In this document: positions 37,201-44,313 of the stretch, piece after piece
Layout of the letters: each line of letters opens with the position of its first letter
Position numbering within the stretch: the first letter of the stretch is position 1
DNA from: Holophagales bacterium UBA5704
GTDB taxonomy: Bacteria > Acidobacteriota > Thermoanaerobaculia > Multivoradales > UBA5704
Length of the DNA stretch: 64,000 bases
Direction of reading: 5' to 3'
NCBI GenBank assembly: GCA_002420005.1
Contig: DIHE01000052.1
Coordinates: 855 to 64,854 of the forward strand
Made by a program: the position numbers and the translations under genes
Notes under the pieces: generated by a model
Database searches by the model: none
Seen by the model: only the letters and a program-made list of their open reading frames with translations
Told to the model about the DNA's origin: nothing

Positions 37201-40200
37201 GGCCGGGTGGACCACCAGGTGAAGATCCGCGGCCAGCGCATCGAGCTGGGGGAGATCGAGGCGGCGTTGCAGCGCCTGCCGCAGGTGGTGGAGGCCGCGG
37301 TGCTCGCCAACCTGCGCGACGGCGAGAAGCGGCTGGAGGCCTATGTGGTGGCCGCGCCGGGCACGGAGCCGACGGCCGCGGAGCTGCGCCAGAGCCTCGC
37401 GGCGACGCTGCCGGACTTCATGCTGCCTTCGGCCTTCGCCTTCCTCGACGCCTTGCCGCGCAACACCAGCGACAAGGTGGACCGCGGCCGGCTCGCCGCC
37501 CTCGTGCCGGAGGCCACCGCGGCGGCGGCCGTCTACATGGCGCCGCGCACGCCCGCGGAGGAGCTGGTGGCCGGCGTGTGGGCCGAGGTGCTCGGCGTGG
37601 CGCAGGTGGGCGCGACCGACGACTTCTTCACCCTGGGGGGGCACTCCCTCCTTGCGACGCGCGTCGTCTCCCGCCTCCAGAAGCTCGCCGGGGTCACGCT
37701 CCCCGTGCGCGCCCTCTTCGAAAGCCCGACCGTCGAGTCCCTGGCGGCGAAGCTTGCGGGGATGGGCGGCGGCGCCCCTCTCCCGGGAGAGGGGAGAGCG
37801 GTGGGAGAGGGGGCGGGGGTGAGGCCCGTGCCGCGCGACCGGCCGCTGCCGCTGTCCTTTGCGCAGGAGCGCATCTGGTTCCTGGAGCAGCTCCAGCCGG
37901 GGAGCACCGCCTACCACCTGCCGGCGGCGATCGATCTCAAGGGCGACCTCCGGCCCGCGGCGCTCGCCGCGGCACTGGCGGAGATCCTGCGCCGCCACGA
38001 GGCGTTGCGCACCGTCTTCCGCGAAGAAGGAGGCCGGCCGGTGCAGGTGATCCTGCCGGCGCCGCCGCCGGAGCTGCCGGCGATCGACCTCGGCGGTCTG
38101 CCGGAGGCGGCGCGCGCGGCGGAGGCCGGGCGGCTCGCGGCGGCGTGGTTCAGCCGTCCGTTCGATCTCCAGGCGGAGCCGATGCTCAACGCCGCGCTGC
38201 TCGCCCTCGCGCCGGGCCTGCACCGGCTGCTCCTGCTGCAGCACCACATCGCCTCGGACGGCTGGTCGCTCGGCGTCCTGGTGCGCGAGGTGGCGGCGCT
38301 CTATCCGCTCGCCGCGGGCCTTCCGGGGGGCACCCGGCTGCCCGAGCCACCGATCCAGTTCGCCGACTTCGCGGTCTGGCAGCGCGAGCGGCTGCGCGGC
38401 GCCCTTCTGGAATCTCTGATCGAGGCCGGGCGCGCGCAGCTCGCCGGAGCGCCGCCGGCCACCGACCTGCCCACCGACCGGCCGCGCCCGCGCACCCAGA
38501 GCTTCCGTGGCGAGATCCTGAACGTCACCTACAGCGAGCGCGGCGCCGCCTCCATGGCGGCGCTCGCCCGGCGGGAAGGAGCGACGCTGTTCATGGCGCT
38601 CCTCGCGGTGTTCCAGGCGCTCCTCCAGCGCTGGAGCGGCGAGGACGACGTGGTGGTGGGCACGCCGGTCGCCGGGCGCACGCGGCCGGAGCTGGAGAAC
38701 CTGATCGGCGTGTTCATCAACACCCTGGCCCTGCGCGGCCGGCTGGACGGCGCGCCCACCTTCCGCCAGATGGTGGGCCGGGCGCGCGAGGCCGCGTTTG
38801 CCGCCTTCGCGATCCAGGAGCTGCCGTTCGAGACCCTGGTGGAGAAGCTGCACCCGGTGCGCGATCTCTCCCGGCCGCCGGTCTTCCAGACCATGTTCGC
38901 GCTCCAGAACGCGCCGCTCGGCCGCCTGGAGCTGCCCGGCCTGGTGCTGGAGCCGCTGCCCGCGGACGCCGGTGGCGCCAAGCTGGAGCTGCTCCTCTCG
39001 CTGACCGAGGAGGGGAGCACGCTCGCGGGGGGTCTGGAGTACAACACCACCCTCTTCGACCGCGCCACGGCCGAGCGGTTCCTGCGGCATTTCGGAGCCC
39101 TGGTGGAGGCCGCGGCGGCGGCGCCCGACGTGCCGCTCGCCCGCCTCTCGATCCTCGGGGCCGAGGAGCGGGCACAGCTCCTCGGCGCCTGGGCGGACGG
39201 CGGCGCCGTGCCGGCGGGCTCCGAGGAGCTGCTGCACGCCCGTTTCGCCGCCCTCGCGCTGGCCGAGCCCGCGGCGCCCGCGCTCACCTGGAACCGCCGC
39301 GACGTCTCCTATGGCGAGTTGGCGGCCCGCGCCTGGCGGCTGGCCCGCCACCTGCGCTCGCTGGGGGTGGGGCCGGAGGTGCGGGTGGGGATCTGCCTGG
39401 AGCGCTCGCCGGACCTCGTGGTCGCCCTCCTCGCGGTGCTCGCGGCCGGTGGCGCCTATGTGCCGCTCGATCCCACCCTGCCCGTCGAGCGGCGGGCGTT
39501 CCTGGTGCGCGACACCGCGATGCCGGTGCTCGTCGCCCGCCGCGGCCTGCTCGCCGGCCTGGCGCTGGACGGCCTCCACGTCGTCGATCCCGCCGAGGAG
39601 ACGGCGGCCCTCGCCGCCCTCTCCGCGGAGCCCTTGCCGCCCTCCGCGGACCCCGGCAACCTCGCGTATCTCATCTACACCTCCGGCTCGACCGGCGTCC
39701 CCAAGGGCGTCGCCATCACGCACCGCAACGCCTCCGCGTTCCTGCGCTGGGCCACGGGCTTCTGGAGCCGTGAGGACCTCGCCGCCGTGCTCGCCGCCAC
39801 CTCGGTGAGCTTCGATCTTTCGGTGTTCGAGCTGTTCGCCCCGCTCTCGGTGGGCGGCCGGGTGGTGCTGGTGGACAACGCGCTGCGCCTCCCGGAGGTG
39901 GCGGCGGACGGCGGCGTCACCCTGCTCAACACCGTGCCCTCCGCGCTGGCCGAGCTGCTGCGCCTGGGAGCGCTCCCCGCCACCCTGCGGGTGGTGAACC
40001 TGGCGGGCGAGCCGCTGCGCCGTCCGCTCGCCGACGCCCTCCACCAGGCCGGCGTGCCGCGCCTCTTCAACCTCTACGGCCCCTCCGAGGACACCACCTA
40101 TTCCACCTGGGAGGAGATCCTCCCGGGAAGCGTGGGGGAGCCCGGCATCGGCCGCCCCATCGCCGGCACCCGCGCCTGGGTGCTCGACCCCGAAGGCCAG

Positions 40201-43200
40201 CCGGCCCCGGCCGGCGTCCCCGGCGAGCTCTGCCTCGGCGGAGCCGGCCTCGCCCGCGGCTACCACGACCGGCCCGAGCTGACCGCGGAGAAGTTCGTCC
40301 CCAACCCCTTTGGAGATCCGTCGGATCCGTCGGATCGGTCGGATCCGTCCGATTCCCACGGAGCCCGCCTCTACCGCACCGGCGACCGCGCGCGCCGGCG
40401 GCCCGACGGCACCCTGGAGTTCCTCGGCCGGCTCGACCACCAGGTGAAGATCCGCGGTTTCCGCATCGAGCTGGGGGAGATCGAAGCCGCGCTCGCCACT
40501 TGCTCCGGAGTGGCGGAGGCGGCGGTGCAGGTGCGCGAGCGCGAAGGGGACCGCCGGTTGGAGGCCTTCCTGGTGGCGGCACCGGGGCCGGAGCCGGGCC
40601 TGGCGGCGCTCCGCGCCGAGCTGGGCCGGCGCCTGCCCGAGCCGATGATCCCCTCCGCCCTGATCTTCCTGCCGGCCCTGCCGCGCACCGCGACCGGCAA
40701 GGTGGACCGCCGCGCCCTGGCCGGGATCGAGGCGACCCCGGGCGGCATCCGGCGCGAGTACGTGCCGCCGCGGACGGACATCGAAGAGTGGGTGGTGGCG
40801 ACCTGCGCGCGGCTCCTCGGCGTGCCGCAGGTGGGCCTGCGCGACCGTTTCTTCGACCTCGGCGGGCACTCGCTCCTGGCCACCCAGCTCATCGCCCACC
40901 TGCGCGACGAGTGGTCCATCGAGCTGCCGCTCCCGGAGGTCTTCGCCGCGGTGGACATCGGCGACCTCGCCGACCGCATCACCGACCTGGGCCTCGGGCA
41001 GGCGGAGGACGCCGACCTCGCCGCCGCGCTCGCCGAGCTGGGCATCGACGCGCCCGGCGACGACCCGGAGGCCGAGATCCCGGCCGAGGTCCCGGCGCCG
41101 GCCGCCTTCGCCCCGCCGCCGCTCCAGCGCCTGCCGCGGCCGGCCGATCCCGCGGCGCCGTTCGAAGCGCCGCTCTCCTTCGCCCAGCTCCGCCTCTGGC
41201 TCATCGACCGCATCGAGCCCGGGAGCCCCACCTACAACGTCGGCCTCGCCGAGCGGCTGACCGGTGTGCTCGACCCCGCGCTCCTGGCCGGCGCGCTGGC
41301 CGCGGTGGTGCGCCGGCACGAGGCGGTGCGCACCACCTTCGCCGTGCGCGCCGGCGATCCGGTGCAGGTGATCCATCCGCCGGCACCCGTGCCGGTGCCG
41401 CTCCTCGACCTCACCGGCCTGCCGGAGGCCCTCCGCCGCGCCGAAGCGGCGCGCCTGGGGGTCGACGAGGAGATCCGGCCGTTCGATCTGGAGCACGGGC
41501 CGCTGCTGCGCACCTCCCTGCTGCGTCTCGCGCCGCAGGAGCACGTGCTGTTCCTCACCTTGCACCACATCGTCTGCGACGAGTGGTCGAACCGGTTGCT
41601 GCTGCGCGAGGCGATCCTGCTCTACGCGGCGCTCGCCACCGGCCGGCCCGCGGTGCTCCCGGCCGTGCCGGTGCACTATGCCGACTACGCGGTCTGGCAG
41701 CGCGGCTGGCTCACCGGCCCGGCGCTCGCCGCCCAGCTCGCCTTCTGGCGCGAGCGCCTCGCCGATCCGCCGGTCCTCGAGCTGCCCACCGACCGGCCGC
41801 GTCCGCCGTTGCAGACGTTCCGCGGCTCGCAGGTCCCGCTGCCGTTTCCGGCGGCCACGGCGGCCGGGCTCCTGTCGCTCAGCCACCACCACCGTCGCCA
41901 TGGCGCCACGCCGTTCATGACCCTCCTCGCCGCCTTCCAGGCCCTCCTGGCGCGTACGGCGGGGCAGACCGACCTCACCGTGGGGACGCCGATCTCCGGC
42001 CGCAACCGCACCGAGGTGGAGAACGTGGTCGGCTTCTTCCTGAACACCCTGGTGCTGCGCGCCGACCTCGCGGGCGATCCGGCTTTCGGCGAGATCCTGG
42101 ACCGCACCCGCGCCGGCGCCCTGGAGGCCTTCGGGCGCCAGGACCTGCCGTTCGAGAAGCTGGTGGACGAGATCGGCGTGCGCCGGAGCCTCGGCCATTC
42201 CCCGCTCTTCCAGGTGCTGTTCGTGCTCCTGCATGGCGCGCCCCTGCCCGCCACCGCGGCGGGCCTCGCCGCCGAGCCGTTCCCGGTCGAGGCGAAGACC
42301 GCCAAGTTCGATCTCACCGTGTCGCTCAGGGTCGACGGCGAGGCCCTGGGCGGGGTGATCGAGTACAACACCGACCTGTTCGACCGCACCACCGTGCTGC
42401 GCTTCGCCGAGCGCTTCCGCGTCCTCTGCGCCGCCGTGGTGGCCGACCCGGAGCGCCGGCTCGCCGCGCTGCCGCTCCTCACGGAGAGCGAAGCGCACCA
42501 GACGCTCCGCGAGCTGAGCGGTGCGCCGGCCCCGGCTGCCGCGGAGGTCGCGCTGCCGGAGCTCCTCGCCGCCTGGGCCGCCCGGGAGCCGGAGCGGATC
42601 GCGGTGGAGTGGGAAGGGGGCTCGCTCACCTACGCCGCGCTGGTGGACCGCGCCCGGGCGCGCGCCGCCGCGCTGCGGTCGGCTGGTGTGGGGCCGGAGG
42701 TGCCCGCCGCCTGCCTCGCCGGCCGCGGGCCCGAGCTGCCGGTCGACCTCCTCGGCGCCTTCTTCTCCGGCGGCGCCTGGCTGCCGATCGATCCCGCCTG
42801 GCCGGAGGAGCGGCGGCGGCTCGTCCGCGAGGAGAGGGGGGATGCGGGCTCCTCCTACGTCATCTACACCTCCGGCTCGACCGGGCGGCCGAAGGGGGTC
42901 GCCGTCCCCGCGCGGGTGCTGACCAACCTCGTGCTCTGGCAGATCGATCCAAGGCGCCCTGGGGCCACGCCGGACGCGGCGCGGACGCTGCAATTCTCGT
43001 CGCCGAGCTTCGACGTCTCGCTGCAGGAGATGCTCTCCACCTGGTGCACCGGCGGCACGCTCGTCCTCTCCACGGAGGAGGACCGGCGCGATCCCGCCGC
43101 GCTCGCCCGCCACCTGCGGGAGGCGCGGATCGAGCGGCTGTTCCTGCCCACGGTGGCCCTGCAGCAGCTCGCCGTCTGCCTCGCCCGGCCCGAGACCCCG

Positions 43201-44313
43201 GTCCCCGGCCACCTGCGCCGCGTGCTCACCGCGGGCGAGCAGCTCCAGGTGACGCCGCAGGTGGTCGAGGCCTTCCGCCGCCTCTCGGAGGCCACCGGAG
43301 GCACGGCGCTGCACAATCACTACGGGCCGTCCGAGACGCATGTGACGACCGAGCTGATCCTGGACGGCGATCCGGCCTCCTGGCCCGCCCGGCCCACGAT
43401 CGGCCGCCCGCTCGCCGGCACCACCGCCTACGTGCTGGACGCCGCCCTGGAGCCGGTGCCCCTGGGAGTCCCCGGCGAGCTGTTCCTGGGGGGCATCTGC
43501 CCGGCCACCGGCTACCGCGGAAGCCCCGACCTCACCGCCGAGCGCTTTCTTCCCGATCCCTTTGGAGATCCGTCGGCTCGCCTCTACCGCACCGGCGACC
43601 GCGCGCGCCTCCTGCCGGACGGCACCCTGGAGTTCCTCGGCCGCCTCGACCACCAGGTGAAGGTCCGCGGCTACCGCGTGGAGCCGGGGGAGGTGGAGGC
43701 CGTGCTGGCGGAGCACCCGCGGGTGCGGGCGTGCGCCGTGGCGCTGGTCGCCGGGCCGCCCGAAGACCGCCTGGTCGCGTGGTACGTGGCGGACGGCGAG
43801 GTGGCGCCGGGCGAGCTGCGCGATCCACTGCGCGACCATCTGCGCGCGCGCCTGCCGGAGCCGCTGGTGCCGGCCGCCTTCGTGCCGCTCGCCGCCCTGC
43901 CGCTCTCCGCCACCGGCAAGGTGCAGCGCTCCGCCCTCCCCGCGCCGGAGGGCGAGCGTCCGGCCACGGCGCCCTACGTGGAGCCGCACACCACCCTGGA
44001 GCGCACGATCGCCGCCGTGTTCCGCGAGGAGCTGGGCCTCGACCGCGTCGGCCGCGAGGACAACTTCTTCGACCTCGGCGCCCACTCCCTCACCCTGGTG
44101 CGCGCCGCCGACCGGCTCGCCGCGGAGCTCGGCCGGCCGGTCGCCGTGCTGGAGCTGTTCCGCACCCCCACCGTCGCCACGCTCGCCCGCCGGCTCGAAG
44201 GCGAGGAGGAGAGCCTGCCGTCCCGCGAGACTCTGGAAGAGCGCACGGCCACCCGCCGGCAATCGCTGGAACGGCGGCGCGAGCTGCGTTCGCGCAAGGG
44301 GGGGGAGGGGTGA
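28207..44313 (+). CDS. Hybrid PKS-NRPS megasynthase (5368 aa): KS-AT-ACP-(C-A-T)x4
   Basis: Approximate domain map from core motifs. KS 28270-29550 (TACSTSLVA with Cys codon near 28786, EAHGTGT, NVGHLDTAAG). AT 29830-30980 (GFSVGE; HAFH, the malonyl-type signature). ACP about 31120-31330 (LGGDSI). C1 31400-32700 (MHHTVSDGWS), A1 32820-34250 (LLYTSGSTGRPKGV), T1 about 34290-34500. C2 34560-35880, A2 35930-37480, T2 about 37550-37760. C3 37845-39170, A3 39230-40720, T3 about 40780-40990. C4 41170-42480 (LHHIVCDEWS), A4 42540-43940, T4 about 43990-44200 (LGAHSL). No E, KR, MT, TE or R domain. Confidence 0.9.
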   Translation: MCAVLSSDPSLSDPSTEPSSPDGIAIVGMAGRFPGASDVEAFWRNLRAGVESISVLSREELAAAGIEPALLDDPRLIPAGGVLDGIELFDASFFGFAAREAEAMDPQIRQFLEVSWEAFENAGYDTESFSGSVGIFGGMGSSGYLLRHLLAHPEVLAALGPLQARILTDKDFLVSLAAFKMNLTGPSLNVQTACSTSLVATVLACQSLVTYQCDVALAGGSTILLPQAGYLPQEGVSSPDGRCRAFDASSQGTVGGSGAGVVVLKRLADALAEGDTIHAVLKGFATNNDGSFKMGFTAPGIEGQIQVVAMAQAVAGIRGDTITYVEAHGTGTPLGDPIEVDALTEVFRSATDRTGYCALGSVKTNVGHLDTAAGVASLIKTTLALAHREIPPSLGFERPNPQIDFAASPFFVNTALRPWTTDGVPRRAGVSSFAIGGVNAHVIVEEAPPVPPGDPASDRQLLLLSAKTETALDAATERLARHLREHPEVDLADVAYTLQVGRRAFRHRRALVCQGREDALAALEARDPRRLLTGTADSRDARVAFLFPGLGNHHVGMARDLYREEPRFREILDECADLLTPELGLDLRKTLFPEGLSPLSRGAGAGEGVNLRALLGRGAAQESPAEAEAARRLRRTELAQPAVFAVEYALARLLQELGLRPEALLGFSVGEYVAACLSGVFALGDAMRLVARRAKMIAELPTGAMLAVPLAEVEAGRLAGMELSIAALLGPELTVVAGPEPAVAALEARLAGEGLQVRRLETEHAFHSRMMDPIAGRFRELFRGVRMQAPEIPFVSNVTGTWITAEQATDPGYWAEHLRKAVRFADGVALLWGEPGRALVEAGPGQTLTSWALQHPAADGARDGVAVATMRHGLDRQDDQAFLLTALARLWLAGVRMDWPAFHAGARRLRVPLPTYPFERKRYWLAPGAPLMFSAAPPAVAIAEKEEVRERAAGGLGGRVRPELPVPFAAPRDEVERLVALVWKDLLGIDRIGVWDGFFDLGGDSILATKLVTRLNEAFAAGFSLRLVFEKPTVADMAAVIHAQRAEGGRIEEERIPRIPRDGGPLPVSFAQRRLWFLDQLAPGDPFYNVPAAAELSGPVDAGVLGRCFLEIVRRHETLRTRLASVDGEPFQVVEAPPASWTVPLVDLRGLPADRREPETRTLAAAEARRPFDLAVAPLLRTLLVRLEEQRHAICVTMHHTVSDGWSNVVFLTEMAALHQALRDGREPILPELPIQYADFAAWQLAQFEGGVLAEQLAWWTEQLTGLPPGLDLPTDRPRPPVQTFGGARIPLVVEPAVAEGLRRRAREEGATLYMLLLAAMDVLLYRHTGQTSFAVGTAVANRNRRETENLIGFFTNTLVLRAAMDPEESFRALLRRTRDVARQAFQHQDLPFEKIVEELQPERDLSRSPFFQVMMVETLVENRMLDDMGIRQLEVDPGVARFDFLFDMSDQGRELTGVLEYNSDLFDATSADRIVGRWLTLLAAIAEDGEARVGEIRLLGAEEWAVVAAGPSPPCPLSHPCSLPPGRGGELAEATALVGLDGVETTYAELRARSNRLAAWLRRQGVGPDVLVAFTLERSVELLVVFQAILTAGGAYVPVDPELPEERRALILEDSGARIVLTRPVLEALDLSSESAEDLPPLAGPENLAYLLYTSGSTGRPKGVAMTRGALDNLIAWQLASLPGAWRTLQFTALSFDVSYQEIVSTWAAGGTLVLIGEEDRRDPAALLAVLRAQRVERLFLPFVALQQIAEAAREEELPESLREVITAGEQLRITPALAAMFRRLPGARLHNQYGPTETHVVTSSTLAGDPALWPALPPIGRAFPGTWGVVLDPHGGPAPLGVPGELMLGGVCLARGYLGRPDLTAERFIPDPLGDPSDPSNPSDSPGGGHRLYRTGDRARLQPRAGGPPELEFLGRLDDQVKIRGYRVEPGEVEAVLAGHPGVAAAAVAVRESAAGLRLVAWVVAEKGAPADLRAFLAARLPDHAVPSSITVLDAFPLTSSGKVDRRALPAPALETGGGQLVAPRTETEAVLAGIWREVLEIPRLGVTDDFFALGGHSLLATRITSRVRAAFGVALPVRTLFEAPTVARLAARIDEAAAGAPAPEAPPLLPVPRGGDFPLSYAQRRLWFLHTLDPDTAAYHMTGAFRLSGPLAPAALAGALLAIARRHEALRTTFHPSAGEPVQRIAAAAALALPLLDLSALPEAVRDREARRIAESEGRRPFDLEQAPLLRTALLRLAPAEHLLTTTLHHAVGDGWSLGVLAGELAALYPAVLAGVPPALPALPVQMVDYAVWQQGWLQGETLQRLLLWWRAHLAGAEAALRLPTDRPRPAGLLRHARTLRFRLPGALAEALEALGRERGTTLFMLLLAGWEAVLHRWSGQGDFTVGSPIANRHPAAVEGVIGCFVNTLALRARVAGDEPFGALLARVRDETLGAYDHQDLPFEVLVEALQPDRELSRAPIFQVLFALQNTPMPRFELAGLVLGAEPVDLDTPKLDLSLILERGAEGIDAVLEFAADLFDEATVARLARHWENLLGGAAAAPGTAVGLLPLLTAEERRELLIDKVPAPLPLGGPALLHERFAEWVRRTPEAPALRDGDAELTYRQLADKTDRLAAALCAAGVRPGDRVAVGLPRNGAVPVAALAILKAGAAWLYLDPALPHDRIALMAADAGVTALCTDAPGEALLRPLMPAGTPVLAVDLEPVAPGEPVVLPGLDLPGTALAYVIYTSGSTGRPKGVCGTHHGALNLAEALQRHSRVPPGTVCSQWASYLFDASVLELAGWWLVGGCLDVVPEAVRTDGPALAAWMERRRVGCVFLAPAMLVDFAAGFEQADVPLLQLTSGGEAMLTAPLQSIARRRPRASVFDVYGPTETSIVTSFWRYPIERGEDLAAHQLYAPIGTPYANQRVYLLSPQGEPVPVGVAGEVCSGGGYLAQGYLARPDLTAERFVPDPFGQLLDPTDRSDRSDRTDQSLHGGRLYRTGDLARWRPDGLLEFIGRVDHQVKIRGQRIELGEIEAALQRLPQVVEAAVLANLRDGEKRLEAYVVAAPGTEPTAAELRQSLAATLPDFMLPSAFAFLDALPRNTSDKVDRGRLAALVPEATAAAAVYMAPRTPAEELVAGVWAEVLGVAQVGATDDFFTLGGHSLLATRVVSRLQKLAGVTLPVRALFESPTVESLAAKLAGMGGGAPLPGEGRAVGEGAGVRPVPRDRPLPLSFAQERIWFLEQLQPGSTAYHLPAAIDLKGDLRPAALAAALAEILRRHEALRTVFREEGGRPVQVILPAPPPELPAIDLGGLPEAARAAEAGRLAAAWFSRPFDLQAEPMLNAALLALAPGLHRLLLLQHHIASDGWSLGVLVREVAALYPLAAGLPGGTRLPEPPIQFADFAVWQRERLRGALLESLIEAGRAQLAGAPPATDLPTDRPRPRTQSFRGEILNVTYSERGAASMAALARREGATLFMALLAVFQALLQRWSGEDDVVVGTPVAGRTRPELENLIGVFINTLALRGRLDGAPTFRQMVGRAREAAFAAFAIQELPFETLVEKLHPVRDLSRPPVFQTMFALQNAPLGRLELPGLVLEPLPADAGGAKLELLLSLTEEGSTLAGGLEYNTTLFDRATAERFLRHFGALVEAAAAAPDVPLARLSILGAEERAQLLGAWADGGAVPAGSEELLHARFAALALAEPAAPALTWNRRDVSYGELAARAWRLARHLRSLGVGPEVRVGICLERSPDLVVALLAVLAAGGAYVPLDPTLPVERRAFLVRDTAMPVLVARRGLLAGLALDGLHVVDPAEETAALAALSAEPLPPSADPGNLAYLIYTSGSTGVPKGVAITHRNASAFLRWATGFWSREDLAAVLAATSVSFDLSVFELFAPLSVGGRVVLVDNALRLPEVAADGGVTLLNTVPSALAELLRLGALPATLRVVNLAGEPLRRPLADALHQAGVPRLFNLYGPSEDTTYSTWEEILPGSVGEPGIGRPIAGTRAWVLDPEGQPAPAGVPGELCLGGAGLARGYHDRPELTAEKFVPNPFGDPSDPSDRSDPSDSHGARLYRTGDRARRRPDGTLEFLGRLDHQVKIRGFRIELGEIEAALATCSGVAEAAVQVREREGDRRLEAFLVAAPGPEPGLAALRAELGRRLPEPMIPSALIFLPALPRTATGKVDRRALAGIEATPGGIRREYVPPRTDIEEWVVATCARLLGVPQVGLRDRFFDLGGHSLLATQLIAHLRDEWSIELPLPEVFAAVDIGDLADRITDLGLGQAEDADLAAALAELGIDAPGDDPEAEIPAEVPAPAAFAPPPLQRLPRPADPAAPFEAPLSFAQLRLWLIDRIEPGSPTYNVGLAERLTGVLDPALLAGALAAVVRRHEAVRTTFAVRAGDPVQVIHPPAPVPVPLLDLTGLPEALRRAEAARLGVDEEIRPFDLEHGPLLRTSLLRLAPQEHVLFLTLHHIVCDEWSNRLLLREAILLYAALATGRPAVLPAVPVHYADYAVWQRGWLTGPALAAQLAFWRERLADPPVLELPTDRPRPPLQTFRGSQVPLPFPAATAAGLLSLSHHHRRHGATPFMTLLAAFQALLARTAGQTDLTVGTPISGRNRTEVENVVGFFLNTLVLRADLAGDPAFGEILDRTRAGALEAFGRQDLPFEKLVDEIGVRRSLGHSPLFQVLFVLLHGAPLPATAAGLAAEPFPVEAKTAKFDLTVSLRVDGEALGGVIEYNTDLFDRTTVLRFAERFRVLCAAVVADPERRLAALPLLTESEAHQTLRELSGAPAPAAAEVALPELLAAWAAREPERIAVEWEGGSLTYAALVDRARARAAALRSAGVGPEVPAACLAGRGPELPVDLLGAFFSGGAWLPIDPAWPEERRRLVREERGDAGSSYVIYTSGSTGRPKGVAVPARVLTNLVLWQIDPRRPGATPDAARTLQFSSPSFDVSLQEMLSTWCTGGTLVLSTEEDRRDPAALARHLREARIERLFLPTVALQQLAVCLARPETPVPGHLRRVLTAGEQLQVTPQVVEAFRRLSEATGGTALHNHYGPSETHVTTELILDGDPASWPARPTIGRPLAGTTAYVLDAALEPVPLGVPGELFLGGICPATGYRGSPDLTAERFLPDPFGDPSARLYRTGDRARLLPDGTLEFLGRLDHQVKVRGYRVEPGEVEAVLAEHPRVRACAVALVAGPPEDRLVAWYVADGEVAPGELRDPLRDHLRARLPEPLVPAAFVPLAALPLSATGKVQRSALPAPEGERPATAPYVEPHTTLERTIAAVFREELGLDRVGREDNFFDLGAHSLTLVRAADRLAAELGRPVAVLELFRTPTVATLARRLEGEEESLPSRETLEERTATRRQSLERRRELRSRKGGEG
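29996..30036. repeat. G/C-rich hairpin element, copy b (in frame, inside the AT domain)
   Basis: ccccctctcccgc (29996-30008) pairs with gcgggggaggggg (30019-30031) with one mismatch, followed by the tgaacc tail. Translated LSPLSRGAGAGEGVNL, between DLRKTLFPE and the conserved TELAQPAVFAVEYAL. Confidence 0.65.
32741..32800. repeat. G/C-rich hairpin element, copy c (inverted orientation, in frame, in the C1-A1 linker)
   Basis: cctcaccccc (the reverse complement of the gggggtgagg tail), then ccccctctccc (32754-32764) pairing with gggagaggggg (32785-32795). Translated PSPPCPLSHPCSLPPGRGGELAEA. Confidence 0.65.
33835..33867. repeat. 9-bp GATC microsatellite, locus 1 (A1 domain, loop before the RLYRTGD core)
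   Basis: gatccgtcc gatccgtcc aatccgtcc gattcc. Translated DPSDPSNPSDS. Confidence 0.85.
37083..37127. repeat. 9-bp GATC microsatellite, locus 2 (A2 domain, same loop)
   Basis: ggatccgac ggatcggtc ggatcggtc ggatcggac ggatcaatc. Translated DPTDRSDRSDRTDQS. Confidence 0.9.
37773..37824. repeat. G/C-rich hairpin element, copy d (in frame, in the T2-C3 linker)
   Basis: cccctctccc (37775-37784) is directly abutted by gggagagggg (37785-37794), then agagcggtgggagagggggcgggggtgagg. Translated APLPGEGRAVGEGAGVRP. Confidence 0.7.
40314..40355. repeat. 9-bp GATC microsatellite, locus 3 (A3 domain, same loop)
   Basis: agatccgtc ggatccgtc ggatcggtc ggatccgtc cgattcc. Translated DPSDPSDRSDPSDS. Confidence 0.9.
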
